Shown here: positions 17,830 through 26,827 of the stretch, piece after piece
How the letters are laid out: each line of letters begins with the position of its first letter
How positions within the stretch are numbered: position 1 is the first letter of the stretch
Source of the DNA: a virus
Taxonomy: Duplodnaviria > Caudoviricetes
Length of the DNA: 64,000 bases
Strand: one strand, 5' to 3'
Virus record (IMG/VR): IMGVR_UViG_3300012971_000019
Span: 17,050 to 81,049 of that record
Translations under genes and position numbers: made by a program
The notes under the pieces: model-generated
Databases searched by the model: none
Told to the model about the DNA's origin: nothing
The model's input: only the letters and a program-made list of their open reading frames with translations

Positions 17830-18192
17830 ATGGCTCAACGGATTGCAGGAATCGCGTTTTTGAAGGTCGATGGAGACCAGTTCCCGTTACGCGGGAACTT
17901 CACCGTCTCACCATCCCCAGTAGAGCGGGCGATGATAGCCGGGCAGGACGGAGTGCATGGGTATTCTGAGCTTCCGAGGGTACCTTACATCGAAGGTGAT
18001 GTAAGCTTAGACCCGGCTTTGAGCACTACTAACACCGAGCTAATCGTCAATGCGACGGTTACCGCGGAGTTAGCCAATGGCAAGGTATACGTGCTGCGCC
18101 AGGCGGCATGTAAGGCGGCGTTTGACCTCAACGCGCATGACGGCCTCGTGCGTGTGCGGTTCGAGGGTATCTCGTGCGACGAGGTGGGATAA
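17830..18192 (+). CDS. Tail tube protein (Mu gpM-like)
   Basis: MAQRIAGIAFLKVDG...GQDGVHGYSELP...TAELANGKVY motif; 120 aa. Confidence 0.88.
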   Translation: MAQRIAGIAFLKVDGDQFPLRGNFTVSPSPVERAMIAGQDGVHGYSELPRVPYIEGDVSLDPALSTTNTELIVNATVTAELANGKVYVLRQAACKAAFDLNAHDGLVRVRFEGISCDEVG

Positions 18193-18215
18193 ACTGATTT
18201 CGATGGAGGGAAACA

Positions 18216-18566
18216 ATGGCAGAAAAAGAAACGGATGGAGCCGAGATCAACGGCGCGGCGGGACCGCTTTCACTGGTGGTCAAACTGCGGCATCCGATCA
18301 AGGCGCACGGTGAGGAGCTGCAGGAGTTGAAGCTGCGCGAGCCGACGGCGGAGGACTTGGAGAAGATCGGCAACCCGGTGATCACCAAGCCGTTCCATGA
18401 CGGCGAGCCCGAGATCACGTTCGACGAGCAGAAGCTCACGATCATGCTCTCGACCCTGGCGGCGATCCCGCCGAGTTCGGTGAAGCAGCTCCATCTCAAG
18501 GATCGCGGCAAGGCGGGGTGGCTGCTTGCGGCCAATTTTTTTATGCCGGATTTGTGGAGCAGTTGA
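18216..18566 (+). CDS. Tail assembly chaperone (G)
   Basis: LRHPIKAHGEELQELKLREPT; position between tube and tape measure. Confidence 0.8.
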   Translation: MAEKETDGAEINGAAGPLSLVVKLRHPIKAHGEELQELKLREPTAEDLEKIGNPVITKPFHDGEPEITFDEQKLTIMLSTLAAIPPSSVKQLHLKDRGKAGWLLAANFFMPDLWSS

Positions 18567-18718
18567 CGCTCGACTGTTACCGGCTGGCGAAGTTCTACGG
18601 GCTCGACCCCGATATGTTCCTGGCGCAGCCGCTGTCGAAGATTCGGCGGCATATGTACTGGACGACCAAGCTGGTAGAGCGGATGCAGGCTGAACAGCAG
18701 GACGCTGAGCATGGCTGA
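18536..18718 (+). CDS. Tail chaperone extension (GT), reached by -1 frameshift at T-TTT-TTT
   Basis: Seven T at 18536-18542 in the chaperone 3' end; -1 frame continues LDCYRLAKFYGLDPD. Confidence 0.65.
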   Translation, partial: FFYAGFVEQLTLDCYRLAKFYGLDPDMFLAQPLSKIRRHMYWTTKLVERMQAEQQDAEHG

Positions 18719-21611
18719 TTCTGATGCCCTTCGCATGACGGCCTCGACGGTCGATAAATCGTCGTCCGTCTGGAAAGCCATCGCGAAGGAAATTCAGCAG
18801 GTCGCCAATGCTGGCCGTATGGCTCAGAGTGCGATTGCCGGCTTTACCGGCGGTCTCGCGAGCGGCGCCGTTCAGCAGCTCTCCAGGGATTTCAACAATC
18901 TCACCGCGGCGATCAAGAATCTCGGCACCGCGGCGGTCGAGATGAAGTTCCTGATGGATGAGACCAGGCTCTCCCAGCAGGAGGTGCTGCGCTTCACGTA
19001 CGCGGGCGAGCGGCTCGGGCTGACGGCGGGTCAGTCCGAATCCGCGTTGCGAAGCCTCACCGGCCGCATCATCGATCTGCGCAAGCTGGGTCTGAGCGAG
19101 ACCTATACCGAATTGCTCAAGTACCAGGGCGGCCCCGAGCTGGCCGAGATACTGCGCAAGAAGGCGCAGGCGGGCGATTACGCGGGCGCGATCAGGACGG
19201 TGATCGACCGGATGCGCAACGCGCGCGGTGGCGCGGATGCGCGCCGGGAGATCGCGCGCATATTCGGCATTCCCGAGCGCCTGGCCGACATGAATCTCGA
19301 TAAGCTGCCGCAGATCATCGAGCGGAACATCAGGGAAGGCGAGGAATTCCACAAAAAGCTGGTTGACCTCGACTGGACGCTCGGCAACGTCGGGACGACG
19401 CTCGGCAATACCGTGATGCCGGTGCTCGGTGAGCTGGCCAAGCAGTTCGACGAGTATCTCAAAAGCCCGATGATGAAGGGCGTCGTCGAAGACGTGGTGC
19501 GCAACCTGGGCGCTGCGATCAGGGCATTCCCGTGGAAGGACTTCGGTCGTGGTCTCGTCGCGGTCGGCGAGGGTTTTATTTCCATGGGCAAGGGTGCGTT
19601 TGAAGCGCTCAAAGTCGTGGCCAGGATTCCGCCAGACCTTCGTGCTGCGCTGATTGGCAGCGCTGCTGGCGCTTATGTGGGCGGTCGAATAGCAGGTCCC
19701 CGAGGTGCCTTGATCGGCGGTGCTGTTGGTGGTGCGGCGGGATTGATTACGGGCTCGCTTTCACGCTCCAGGGACATAAAGTTTTTGCTCGATCACGCCG
19801 AGCTATCGAAGAAGCATGCGCAGGAAGAACTGCAGGTGCTCAAGGAACAACTGACGAAAAGCCAGCGGGGCACGGAGCGCTACCGGCAGACCAACCGACA
19901 CATCGAGGATACGACGCGACAGCTCGACAAGCTGTCGAAGACGATCGAGGAGCTGAAGAAGCAACAGCAGCAAGGGGGCGTGTCGCCGATCAGCTACGGG
20001 TTTGGCGCTGGTCGTGGTGGTGGCATCGGTGGTGGCATCGGTGCTGGTCGCGGCTATGGCGGCGGTATTACCGGCGGCGGCCAGGGCTATCGCGGCGGTG
20101 GTCGCGTCGGTCGCGATGGCGGTGGTGGCCAAGGTGGGCCTGCTGGAACGCCGAGACCAGAGGGGTTCGGCAAGGGTGGTCCGGTCTATGAGCCGGTCAC
20201 CGGCACGGGCCTCGGCGGCGGCGTTGGCGGTACCAGCGCATCGATGGGTGCTGGGCGCCATCAGGGCGACGACATCATGGCGCCGCACGGCTCTCCGGTC
20301 TATGCGGCCAAAGACGGTGTGATCGATCACATCGGTCGAGATAATCAAGGTGGCACCGTCATCGTCGTTCGCCACAGCGATGGCTCGTATTCCCGTTACA
20401 TGCACATGAGCAAGGTCGGGGTGAAACCCGGCGATCCGGTCACCGGCGGGCAGGAGATCGGGAAGAGTGGAACCGCGAATGGCGTGCCGCATCTGCACTT
20501 CGAAATGTGGAACGGGCGGCCGAATGCGAGGGGGTCGCGGGTACTCAGCCCACGCGAAATTTATGGCTGGGGCAAGGGCAACATGCCGCAAGGCGGGCGA
20601 GAGGTCGGTGGTCAGCAATCAAAGCAACCATCGCCGCCGTCGCAAGGTTCGCAAGGTCCGTTCCCGACGACCGGGACCATCAGCGGCACGGCCTCGACCT
20701 ACGATCCGACCGCGGAATATCCGTCAGCCGATTCCGGTGGCCGTCGCACAGCTTCGGGTGAGATGTATGACCCGGACGATTATACCGCGGCGATTCAAAC
20801 AGACTTGCGCGGGCAATTCGGCGGCGTCGGTTACGGCAAGAATTATCGGCCTGCATACGCGCTCGTCGAATCGCCTGATGGCAAAAGGGCGATCGTCCGC
20901 ATCAACGATGTCGGCCCGCTGAAACCGGGACGCATCATCGATCTCAATAAGAAGTCGATGGAGTATTTCGATCCTGGTGGGAAGAAAGGCCTGATTCCGG
21001 GCATCAAGGTCACGCCGCTTCCTGGGACCGATTACAAAGTTGGGCCGGTGTCGGAAAAGACGGGTACGGCCTCGCCCACTGCTACGGCAACGTCTGTATC
21101 GTATCGAGATTCTCTACTCGCCGACGAAAGCATTGGCATGAATAGGCTTCGTGATCCATTTGGACTGAAGGGCCGTGCTCTTGCTAAAGCTGATGCCGAG
21201 GGTCGTCAACGTGAGGCGACCCGACGGATGTATAACTGGGGAATGCCAGAATGGGATGTTCGAAATGCCACTGTGTGGAGAGGTGGAAATGTTGTCCCAA
21301 TGGAAGAGATCGGCAGATTAAAGTCGCACCCGGAAACTGATGAAGCGTTGATAAGGCGACTAGGAATAGAAAGGGGGATGTCCAAGGGGTTCGCTCCTGG
21401 TGATCCAGATGCCGAATACGGTCCTGGCGGCACACGAATTAACCTCGATCGTGCGCTTGGCCGGGAATCAGCATCTCCTGATCCGTCTGCCAGGCTCAAG
21501 GTCAATGTCGATGCGCCGCGCGGTACGACCGTAGACGCGAGCGGTGATGGCATCTTCAACGAAACCGAAACCTCGCGCACGCTGCGAGGGTTTGACGCTC
21601 CGGTGCCCTGA
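18711..21611 (+). CDS. Tape-measure-like protein A with M23 peptidase and RlpA-like double-psi beta-barrel domains
   Basis: Helical N-terminus; HQGDDIMAP...HMSK...PHLHFE (M23); TASGEMYDPDDYTAA...INDVGP...IIDL (RlpA-like). Confidence 0.75.
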   Translation: MADSDALRMTASTVDKSSSVWKAIAKEIQQVANAGRMAQSAIAGFTGGLASGAVQQLSRDFNNLTAAIKNLGTAAVEMKFLMDETRLSQQEVLRFTYAGERLGLTAGQSESALRSLTGRIIDLRKLGLSETYTELLKYQGGPELAEILRKKAQAGDYAGAIRTVIDRMRNARGGADARREIARIFGIPERLADMNLDKLPQIIERNIREGEEFHKKLVDLDWTLGNVGTTLGNTVMPVLGELAKQFDEYLKSPMMKGVVEDVVRNLGAAIRAFPWKDFGRGLVAVGEGFISMGKGAFEALKVVARIPPDLRAALIGSAAGAYVGGRIAGPRGALIGGAVGGAAGLITGSLSRSRDIKFLLDHAELSKKHAQEELQVLKEQLTKSQRGTERYRQTNRHIEDTTRQLDKLSKTIEELKKQQQQGGVSPISYGFGAGRGGGIGGGIGAGRGYGGGITGGGQGYRGGGRVGRDGGGGQGGPAGTPRPEGFGKGGPVYEPVTGTGLGGGVGGTSASMGAGRHQGDDIMAPHGSPVYAAKDGVIDHIGRDNQGGTVIVVRHSDGSYSRYMHMSKVGVKPGDPVTGGQEIGKSGTANGVPHLHFEMWNGRPNARGSRVLSPREIYGWGKGNMPQGGREVGGQQSKQPSPPSQGSQGPFPTTGTISGTASTYDPTAEYPSADSGGRRTASGEMYDPDDYTAAIQTDLRGQFGGVGYGKNYRPAYALVESPDGKRAIVRINDVGPLKPGRIIDLNKKSMEYFDPGGKKGLIPGIKVTPLPGTDYKVGPVSEKTGTASPTATATSVSYRDSLLADESIGMNRLRDPFGLKGRALAKADAEGRQREATRRMYNWGMPEWDVRNATVWRGGNVVPMEEIGRLKSHPETDEALIRRLGIERGMSKGFAPGDPDAEYGPGGTRINLDRALGRESASPDPSARLKVNVDAPRGTTVDASGDGIFNETETSRTLRGFDAPVP

Positions 21612-21614
21612 TCG

Positions 21615-23810
21615 ATGGCAACGCAAACCCACGAAGTCAAAATCCCCGTCACGACGGTTGATAAATCGTCGGCGGTTCTGCAGACCATCACCAAGGAGAT
21701 AAAACAAGCGGCCGAGGCTGGACGCGTTCTGCAGAGCGTGATTGGCGGGTTCATCGGTGGGTTCGCCGCGGGTGCCGTCCGTGGGCTGAAGGACGAGATC
21801 GACAAGCTTGCCCATTCGATCGTTCAGCTCGGCGATGCTGCGGTCGAGATGAAGTATCTCGGCGAGGAGACGCGACTCTCGCAAGAGCAAATCGCCAAGT
21901 TTCAGTACGGGATGGATTACCTCGGCATAAGTGCCGGGGAATCGCAGCAGGTACTCACCGGGTTAACCGGCAAGCTGATCGACCTGCGCAAGCTGGGTTT
22001 GAGCCCGGTCTACAACGAGCTGATGCGGTTTCAGGGCGGCCCCGAACTCGCGGAGACCCTGCGCAGGCAAGCTCAGTCTGGCAACATCGAAGGTGCAATT
22101 CGCACGCTGGTCGATCGCATGAAGAACGCGCGCGGCGGCGCCGATGCTCGGCGTGAGCTGGCGCGGATATTCGGTATTCCCGAGCGGCTCGCCGACCTCA
22201 GCATCGACAAGCTGCCGGCGATCATTTTGCAGAACATCAAGGCCGGCGAGGAATTCCACCGAAAGTGGGTCGATCTGCGGTGGACGCTGGGCAACATGGG
22301 CACGATGATCGGCAACCAACTGATGCCCGTGTTCAAGGAGCTGGCCGAACAGCTCAACGACTTCTTGAGCAAAAAGGAAACTCAGGACGCGATCAAAGAC
22401 GCGATCTATGACATCGGGAAGTATCTCAGCGAGGTGCATTGGCACGAACTTGGCGACGACATTAAAGGGGTCGGCGAATCATTCCTTAGTTTTGGGAAAA
22501 ACCTAAAGGAGGTTTTCGATTGGATTTCGTCAATACCACCTGAACTCCGCAATATGGTCATCGGAGCGTTTATCGGCGGTCCGTTCGGTGCCGGTGCGGG
22601 GTTGGGTCTTGGCCTCGCTGAACGGTTCAAGCTCCTTCCCGGGCAAGAGAAGGAACGCGCCGAGGCGATCGAGCCGCAGTATCGCAAGCAATGGGAGCAG
22701 CAGCATGATGCGATACGCGCCGAGCAGCAGCGACAGGAAGCGATCCGCGAGGGCTTGAGCAAGGCGCAGCAGGGTACGCAGGCCTACGAGAATTTGTTCA
22801 AGCAGCTCGAAGAATCGAACAAACGACTTGCCGATATGGCCGAGGCCTTAAGGAAGCTCGAAGAGGATTTGCATCCATCGCCGATGGGTTTCGAGGGCCT
22901 ACCGCCCTTTAGCAACGAGGGGCGTGTCATCCCGGCAGCGTTCCATCCTGGCGCTACTGGCGGGTTTGGGCAGGGCGGTCCATCGGTTGGTCAGGCGCCA
23001 GGAGGTCCGCCCGGTCCGACCGGCGGTCCGTCCACCGGTACCGGTCCGGGCCCCACTGGAGCGCCTTCAGGTGGCCCTACGGGCGGCCAGGGCTCGATTG
23101 CCCCGAGCGGTGCTCCTCCCGCCGGCCTGCCGAACCTGGGCAGCTCCCAGCGCGTGCGCGAGCTGCAGGGACGCGAGGCGGACATCAGAAAGGGAGCGAT
23201 CTCGCCGACACTCCGCGCGCAATTGGACTTCGCCGCGCAGGAGACCGGTCTGGAGGCGCATGTCACGTCGGGCGGTCAACCAGCGCATGGCATCTATGGC
23301 CGCGAACGTACCGGATCGCATCGCCACGATCTCGGCGGTGCCGGTGATTTGCGGCTATGGGACCCGGTGGCAAAGCGCTACCTCGACATGCGCAATCCCC
23401 AAGATGCGGCGCGCATGGAAGAGTTCGTTGCGCGATCCGTTCAAGCTGGTGCGACCGGCGTCGGTGCTGGGCTTGGCTACATGAAAGCGCGCACGATGCA
23501 CATCGGTGGTGGCCCTGGCCCGGAAGGATTTTGGGGCGGGGCTCCCTGGATCGGCCGCGCGTATCGTCGCGGCGTTGCGATGCGCAACCAGTTTGCCGCC
23601 GATCGCGCCGCGCTCGATCGCATGAACGGGGCTCGCGCGTTCGGTCCGACGAACATGCTCGGCAACGCGATGGTCAATGTGAAGGTGCGCTCGTGGGATG
23701 AGGCGACGCCATCACAGCAATCGTTCAGGGAAATCAGGATGGAGAAAACGCCGCAAATGGCGAACTCCGGGGCTGACGGCGGCGGCTGGAACAATTGGTC
23801 CTACGAGTAA
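21615..23810 (+). CDS. Tape-measure-like protein B (paralog of A) with M15/LAS-like peptidase domain
   Basis: First 250 aa align by eye with protein A; VTSGG...GSHRHDLGGAGD...GATGVGAG..YM...MHIG resembles M15 peptidases. Confidence 0.65.
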   Translation: MATQTHEVKIPVTTVDKSSAVLQTITKEIKQAAEAGRVLQSVIGGFIGGFAAGAVRGLKDEIDKLAHSIVQLGDAAVEMKYLGEETRLSQEQIAKFQYGMDYLGISAGESQQVLTGLTGKLIDLRKLGLSPVYNELMRFQGGPELAETLRRQAQSGNIEGAIRTLVDRMKNARGGADARRELARIFGIPERLADLSIDKLPAIILQNIKAGEEFHRKWVDLRWTLGNMGTMIGNQLMPVFKELAEQLNDFLSKKETQDAIKDAIYDIGKYLSEVHWHELGDDIKGVGESFLSFGKNLKEVFDWISSIPPELRNMVIGAFIGGPFGAGAGLGLGLAERFKLLPGQEKERAEAIEPQYRKQWEQQHDAIRAEQQRQEAIREGLSKAQQGTQAYENLFKQLEESNKRLADMAEALRKLEEDLHPSPMGFEGLPPFSNEGRVIPAAFHPGATGGFGQGGPSVGQAPGGPPGPTGGPSTGTGPGPTGAPSGGPTGGQGSIAPSGAPPAGLPNLGSSQRVRELQGREADIRKGAISPTLRAQLDFAAQETGLEAHVTSGGQPAHGIYGRERTGSHRHDLGGAGDLRLWDPVAKRYLDMRNPQDAARMEEFVARSVQAGATGVGAGLGYMKARTMHIGGGPGPEGFWGGAPWIGRAYRRGVAMRNQFAADRAALDRMNGARAFGPTNMLGNAMVNVKVRSWDEATPSQQSFREIRMEKTPQMANSGADGGGWNNWSYE

Positions 23811-23813
23811 CCC

Positions 23814-24329
23814 ATGGACATCCGCGATCCTCGGCTCTTGCGCCTCAATCCGTGGCGCGAACGGTTGATGCTCGGATGGTCGTTCCGTGGCGTACCTTTT
23901 TGGGTGGAACAACAGGCGCGGCAGTCCGGTCGCCGCAATGTCGAGCACGAATATCCAAAGCGAAACATTCCTTACGCGGAGGACATGGGTCGCCATGCGG
24001 TGCGCTATACTATTCAAGGATTTCTGATCGGTCCGAATTACCTGGCAGAGAAGTCGAACCTTCTTAACGCGCTTGAGGCCGACGACGCCGGCATATTGGT
24101 CGATCCAATGGTCGGATCGATGCTGGTGATGTGTGAGAGATACTCGGTCACCGAAACTCGTGAGCGCGGCGGCTATTGCGTGTTCGAGATGGCATTCGCC
24201 GAGGCCGGCGTGCCGGGCAACAGTCCACCCACGCTGTTGTTGTCCACCCGCAATGAGGTGAATACAAACGCTGACAATGCGGCTGGTGCCGCAAGTCGAA
24301 ACCTCGACCAGGAACTAGTCTCGACGTAA
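23814..24329 (+). CDS. DNA circularization protein N-terminal domain (Mu gpN-like)
   Basis: SFRGVPFWVE...GRRNVEHEYPKRNIPYAEDMGR motif. Confidence 0.88.
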   Translation: MDIRDPRLLRLNPWRERLMLGWSFRGVPFWVEQQARQSGRRNVEHEYPKRNIPYAEDMGRHAVRYTIQGFLIGPNYLAEKSNLLNALEADDAGILVDPMVGSMLVMCERYSVTETRERGGYCVFEMAFAEAGVPGNSPPTLLLSTRNEVNTNADNAAGAASRNLDQELVST

Positions 24330-24340
24330 AGGGGAAGCTG

Positions 24341-24721
24341 ATGGCCGGAAAATGCAATGTGTTCGTCCTCAACAACGGGCTCACCGCGCTCCACAACAAT
24401 GCGAGCCACATCTACATCTGCTCCGCGGAGCCGACGAATTTTGCCGATGCAACGGTGAACTTCGCGCTCGGCAATTATAACTTCGGCCCCGGGCTCGCCG
24501 TCAGCACGCCGGTGAACGCGGTGCCGAACGGATCGAAAGTGACGACGACTGCGGTGACGGCGGGCTCGGTGACGGGCACCGGCACGGCATCGCGATGGGC
24601 GATCGTGGACGTGCCGAACTCGATGCTGCTCGTGGACAACGACCTCGCGGCCTCGCAAGCGGTGACCGCCGGCAACGTCTGGAGCTTGCCAGCCTTCGAT
24701 TTCAGGATTCCGGGGTCGTAA
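24341..24721 (+). CDS. Virion structural protein (fibre-associated)
   Basis: RBS GGGAAG; small beta-rich protein, first gene of the fibre cassette. Confidence 0.55.
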   Translation: MAGKCNVFVLNNGLTALHNNASHIYICSAEPTNFADATVNFALGNYNFGPGLAVSTPVNAVPNGSKVTTTAVTAGSVTGTGTASRWAIVDVPNSMLLVDNDLAASQAVTAGNVWSLPAFDFRIPGS

Positions 24722-24725
24722 GCCG

Positions 24726-26357
24726 ATGGCTGCGAAGTTGCTCAAGCATCGGTTCGTCTCGGCGATCTCGGACGGCACCGACACCACGTTGGTGCGACCA
24801 ACGAACTGGAACGACGACCATAATCTATGGCTCGGCGGTCGTACGGTAGCGGGCACGTCGGACACGCTTGCCGACGCCGATCACCTATCGCTGGTGAAGT
24901 ACAACAACGCGGGGGCGATTGCCGTCACGTTGCCGGCGCCGACCGTATCCACGTTTCTTACAGGCTGGGTGTGTTTCATCCGCGATGTCGGGCTCGGCAC
25001 GGTCACGATCACGCCGAGCGGTGGCGCGACCATCAACGGCGGGGCCTCGATCCAGGTGGCCTCGACGCAGGGTGCGATCATCTTCTCCGATGGCACCAAT
25101 TATGATGCGATCATCACCGGCCCCGCGCCGCTTTTCTCACCGGCTTTTACCGGCGTGCCGACCGCGCCGACCGCCGCGCTCGCCGACAACTCGACGACTC
25201 TGGCGACGACCGCCTTCGTCAAGGGGCAGGCCTACGCGCCGCTCGCCTCGCCTGCATTCACCGGCACACCAACCGCGCCGACCGCTACGGTCGGGGATAG
25301 TTCGACCACGCTGGCGACGACCGCTTTCGTGCAGGGTGCGGCCGGTGGCGCGAGCATCCGCTACGACATCTCGCAATCGCTAACCTCGGCGCAGCAAGGG
25401 CTGGCCTCGCGCAACATCGGCGCATCGTCGGCCTATCTGATCAACGGCAAGATCGTTGAGACGCACGCCTCGAATGCCGCCACCTTCTTTCTCAAAACCT
25501 TGGCCGGGTCCGATCCGTCCGCGAGCGACCCGGTGCAGGTGTGGTTGCCGGATGGCTCGATCTTCACCATCACGGCGGCGCTATCGATTGTCCTGGCATC
25601 CGGCTCGACTTTCGCCCTCGCCAACGCGATAGCGTTTCGCCTTTGGTTCGTCATCATCAACGACGGCGGAACGGCGCGGTTGGGAGTGCGGAATAGCGCA
25701 TTTTGTTCGACCACCGCACCTTGGAACTACAATTTTTTTGCGCCCAAGCCCTTTGGTGTTATCAGTTCATCAAATGCGGCCATGACGAACTATGGCACAA
25801 CCTATACCAATACGGTGAATGTTTCCGACAAGCCTTACCGCGTCATTGCCTTTGCTGATTACGACAGCGGATTGGCGACCTCGGGCAATTACAATGTCAG
25901 CCCGACGCGCATCGTGCTGGTATCTGGCGATACCCCGCAGTCGGGCGCGGTTGTGTCGGAATGGATTTACGAAACGAATGTACAGACAACAGCGGCGAGC
26001 ACCACGGCGGTCCAGAGTTCAATCGCCAACACGATTGCTCCGTGGGGATTGTGTAACTATTTGGATGTTTCCGCGACCTTCGATGTATACTGTGTGGATT
26101 CAGCAGTTTTCTGTTCCGGCCAATTCCGACGCGGTGGAACTAGTATCGGTTTAAGTGGGCAGTGGGGTGGAATATCGAGCAGCGGCGGCAGCGTTGTCGG
26201 CGGCGGAATGTTCGGCGGATCGCTTCACACAGTCCTCCGAGTCCCCACTCTATCCGCACAGGTTTATGCGGTATTCTTTGGTAACACGACTGGCAGTGCC
26301 ACGGTCTATCTCCCGGTGACCGAGGGGTGCCTCGTGGTCAGGGAAATCATGGGGTAG
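24726..26357 (+). CDS. Tail fibre protein
   Basis: Two SPAFTGxPTAPTA..xSTTLATTAFV fibre repeats; lower-GC C-terminal half. Confidence 0.8.
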   Translation: MAAKLLKHRFVSAISDGTDTTLVRPTNWNDDHNLWLGGRTVAGTSDTLADADHLSLVKYNNAGAIAVTLPAPTVSTFLTGWVCFIRDVGLGTVTITPSGGATINGGASIQVASTQGAIIFSDGTNYDAIITGPAPLFSPAFTGVPTAPTAALADNSTTLATTAFVKGQAYAPLASPAFTGTPTAPTATVGDSSTTLATTAFVQGAAGGASIRYDISQSLTSAQQGLASRNIGASSAYLINGKIVETHASNAATFFLKTLAGSDPSASDPVQVWLPDGSIFTITAALSIVLASGSTFALANAIAFRLWFVIINDGGTARLGVRNSAFCSTTAPWNYNFFAPKPFGVISSSNAAMTNYGTTYTNTVNVSDKPYRVIAFADYDSGLATSGNYNVSPTRIVLVSGDTPQSGAVVSEWIYETNVQTTAASTTAVQSSIANTIAPWGLCNYLDVSATFDVYCVDSAVFCSGQFRRGGTSIGLSGQWGGISSSGGSVVGGGMFGGSLHTVLRVPTLSAQVYAVFFGNTTGSATVYLPVTEGCLVVREIMG

Positions 26358-26361
26358 CGCC

Positions 26362-26811
26362 GTGAACATCGGACCAACCTTCCCCGACGATCTGAGAGAG
26401 GCCGGTCTTATCGGTTTGCCGTTTTCGTGGACGCCGGATGGATTGTACGACACGAGCCAACTGACGCCCGAGCAGCTCGGTGCCGTCAACGCCGTGCTCG
26501 CCGCGCATGATCCGACCGCGAAGCCAATTCCGATAGGCCTCACGCAGCGCCAGTTCCATCAGGAGCTTGCCGTGCGCGGCCTGATCACCGAGCAGGAAGC
26601 GCTCGACGCCGTGAAGATCGGGACGGTTCCGGCCGAGATACAGGCCTTCATCGATACGCTCCCGACCGAGGAGCAGTTCGCCGCCAAGATGAAATTTGCC
26701 GCCGAGCCCACGGTCAGCCGGTATGACTCTGTGATCGAGCAGTTCGGCAAGTACCAGGGCTGGACGACCGCGGAGCTGAACGACTTCTGGCGCTCTGCCG
26801 CTGCCCTCTGA
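26362..26811 (+). CDS. Tail fibre assembly/chaperone-like protein
   Basis: Follows the fibre gene; AVLAAHDP, LTQRQF and NDFWRSAAAL motifs typical of such genes. Confidence 0.6.
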   Translation: MNIGPTFPDDLREAGLIGLPFSWTPDGLYDTSQLTPEQLGAVNAVLAAHDPTAKPIPIGLTQRQFHQELAVRGLITEQEALDAVKIGTVPAEIQAFIDTLPTEEQFAAKMKFAAEPTVSRYDSVIEQFGKYQGWTTAELNDFWRSAAAL

Positions 26812-26827
26812 GCCGAGGGACTGATCG

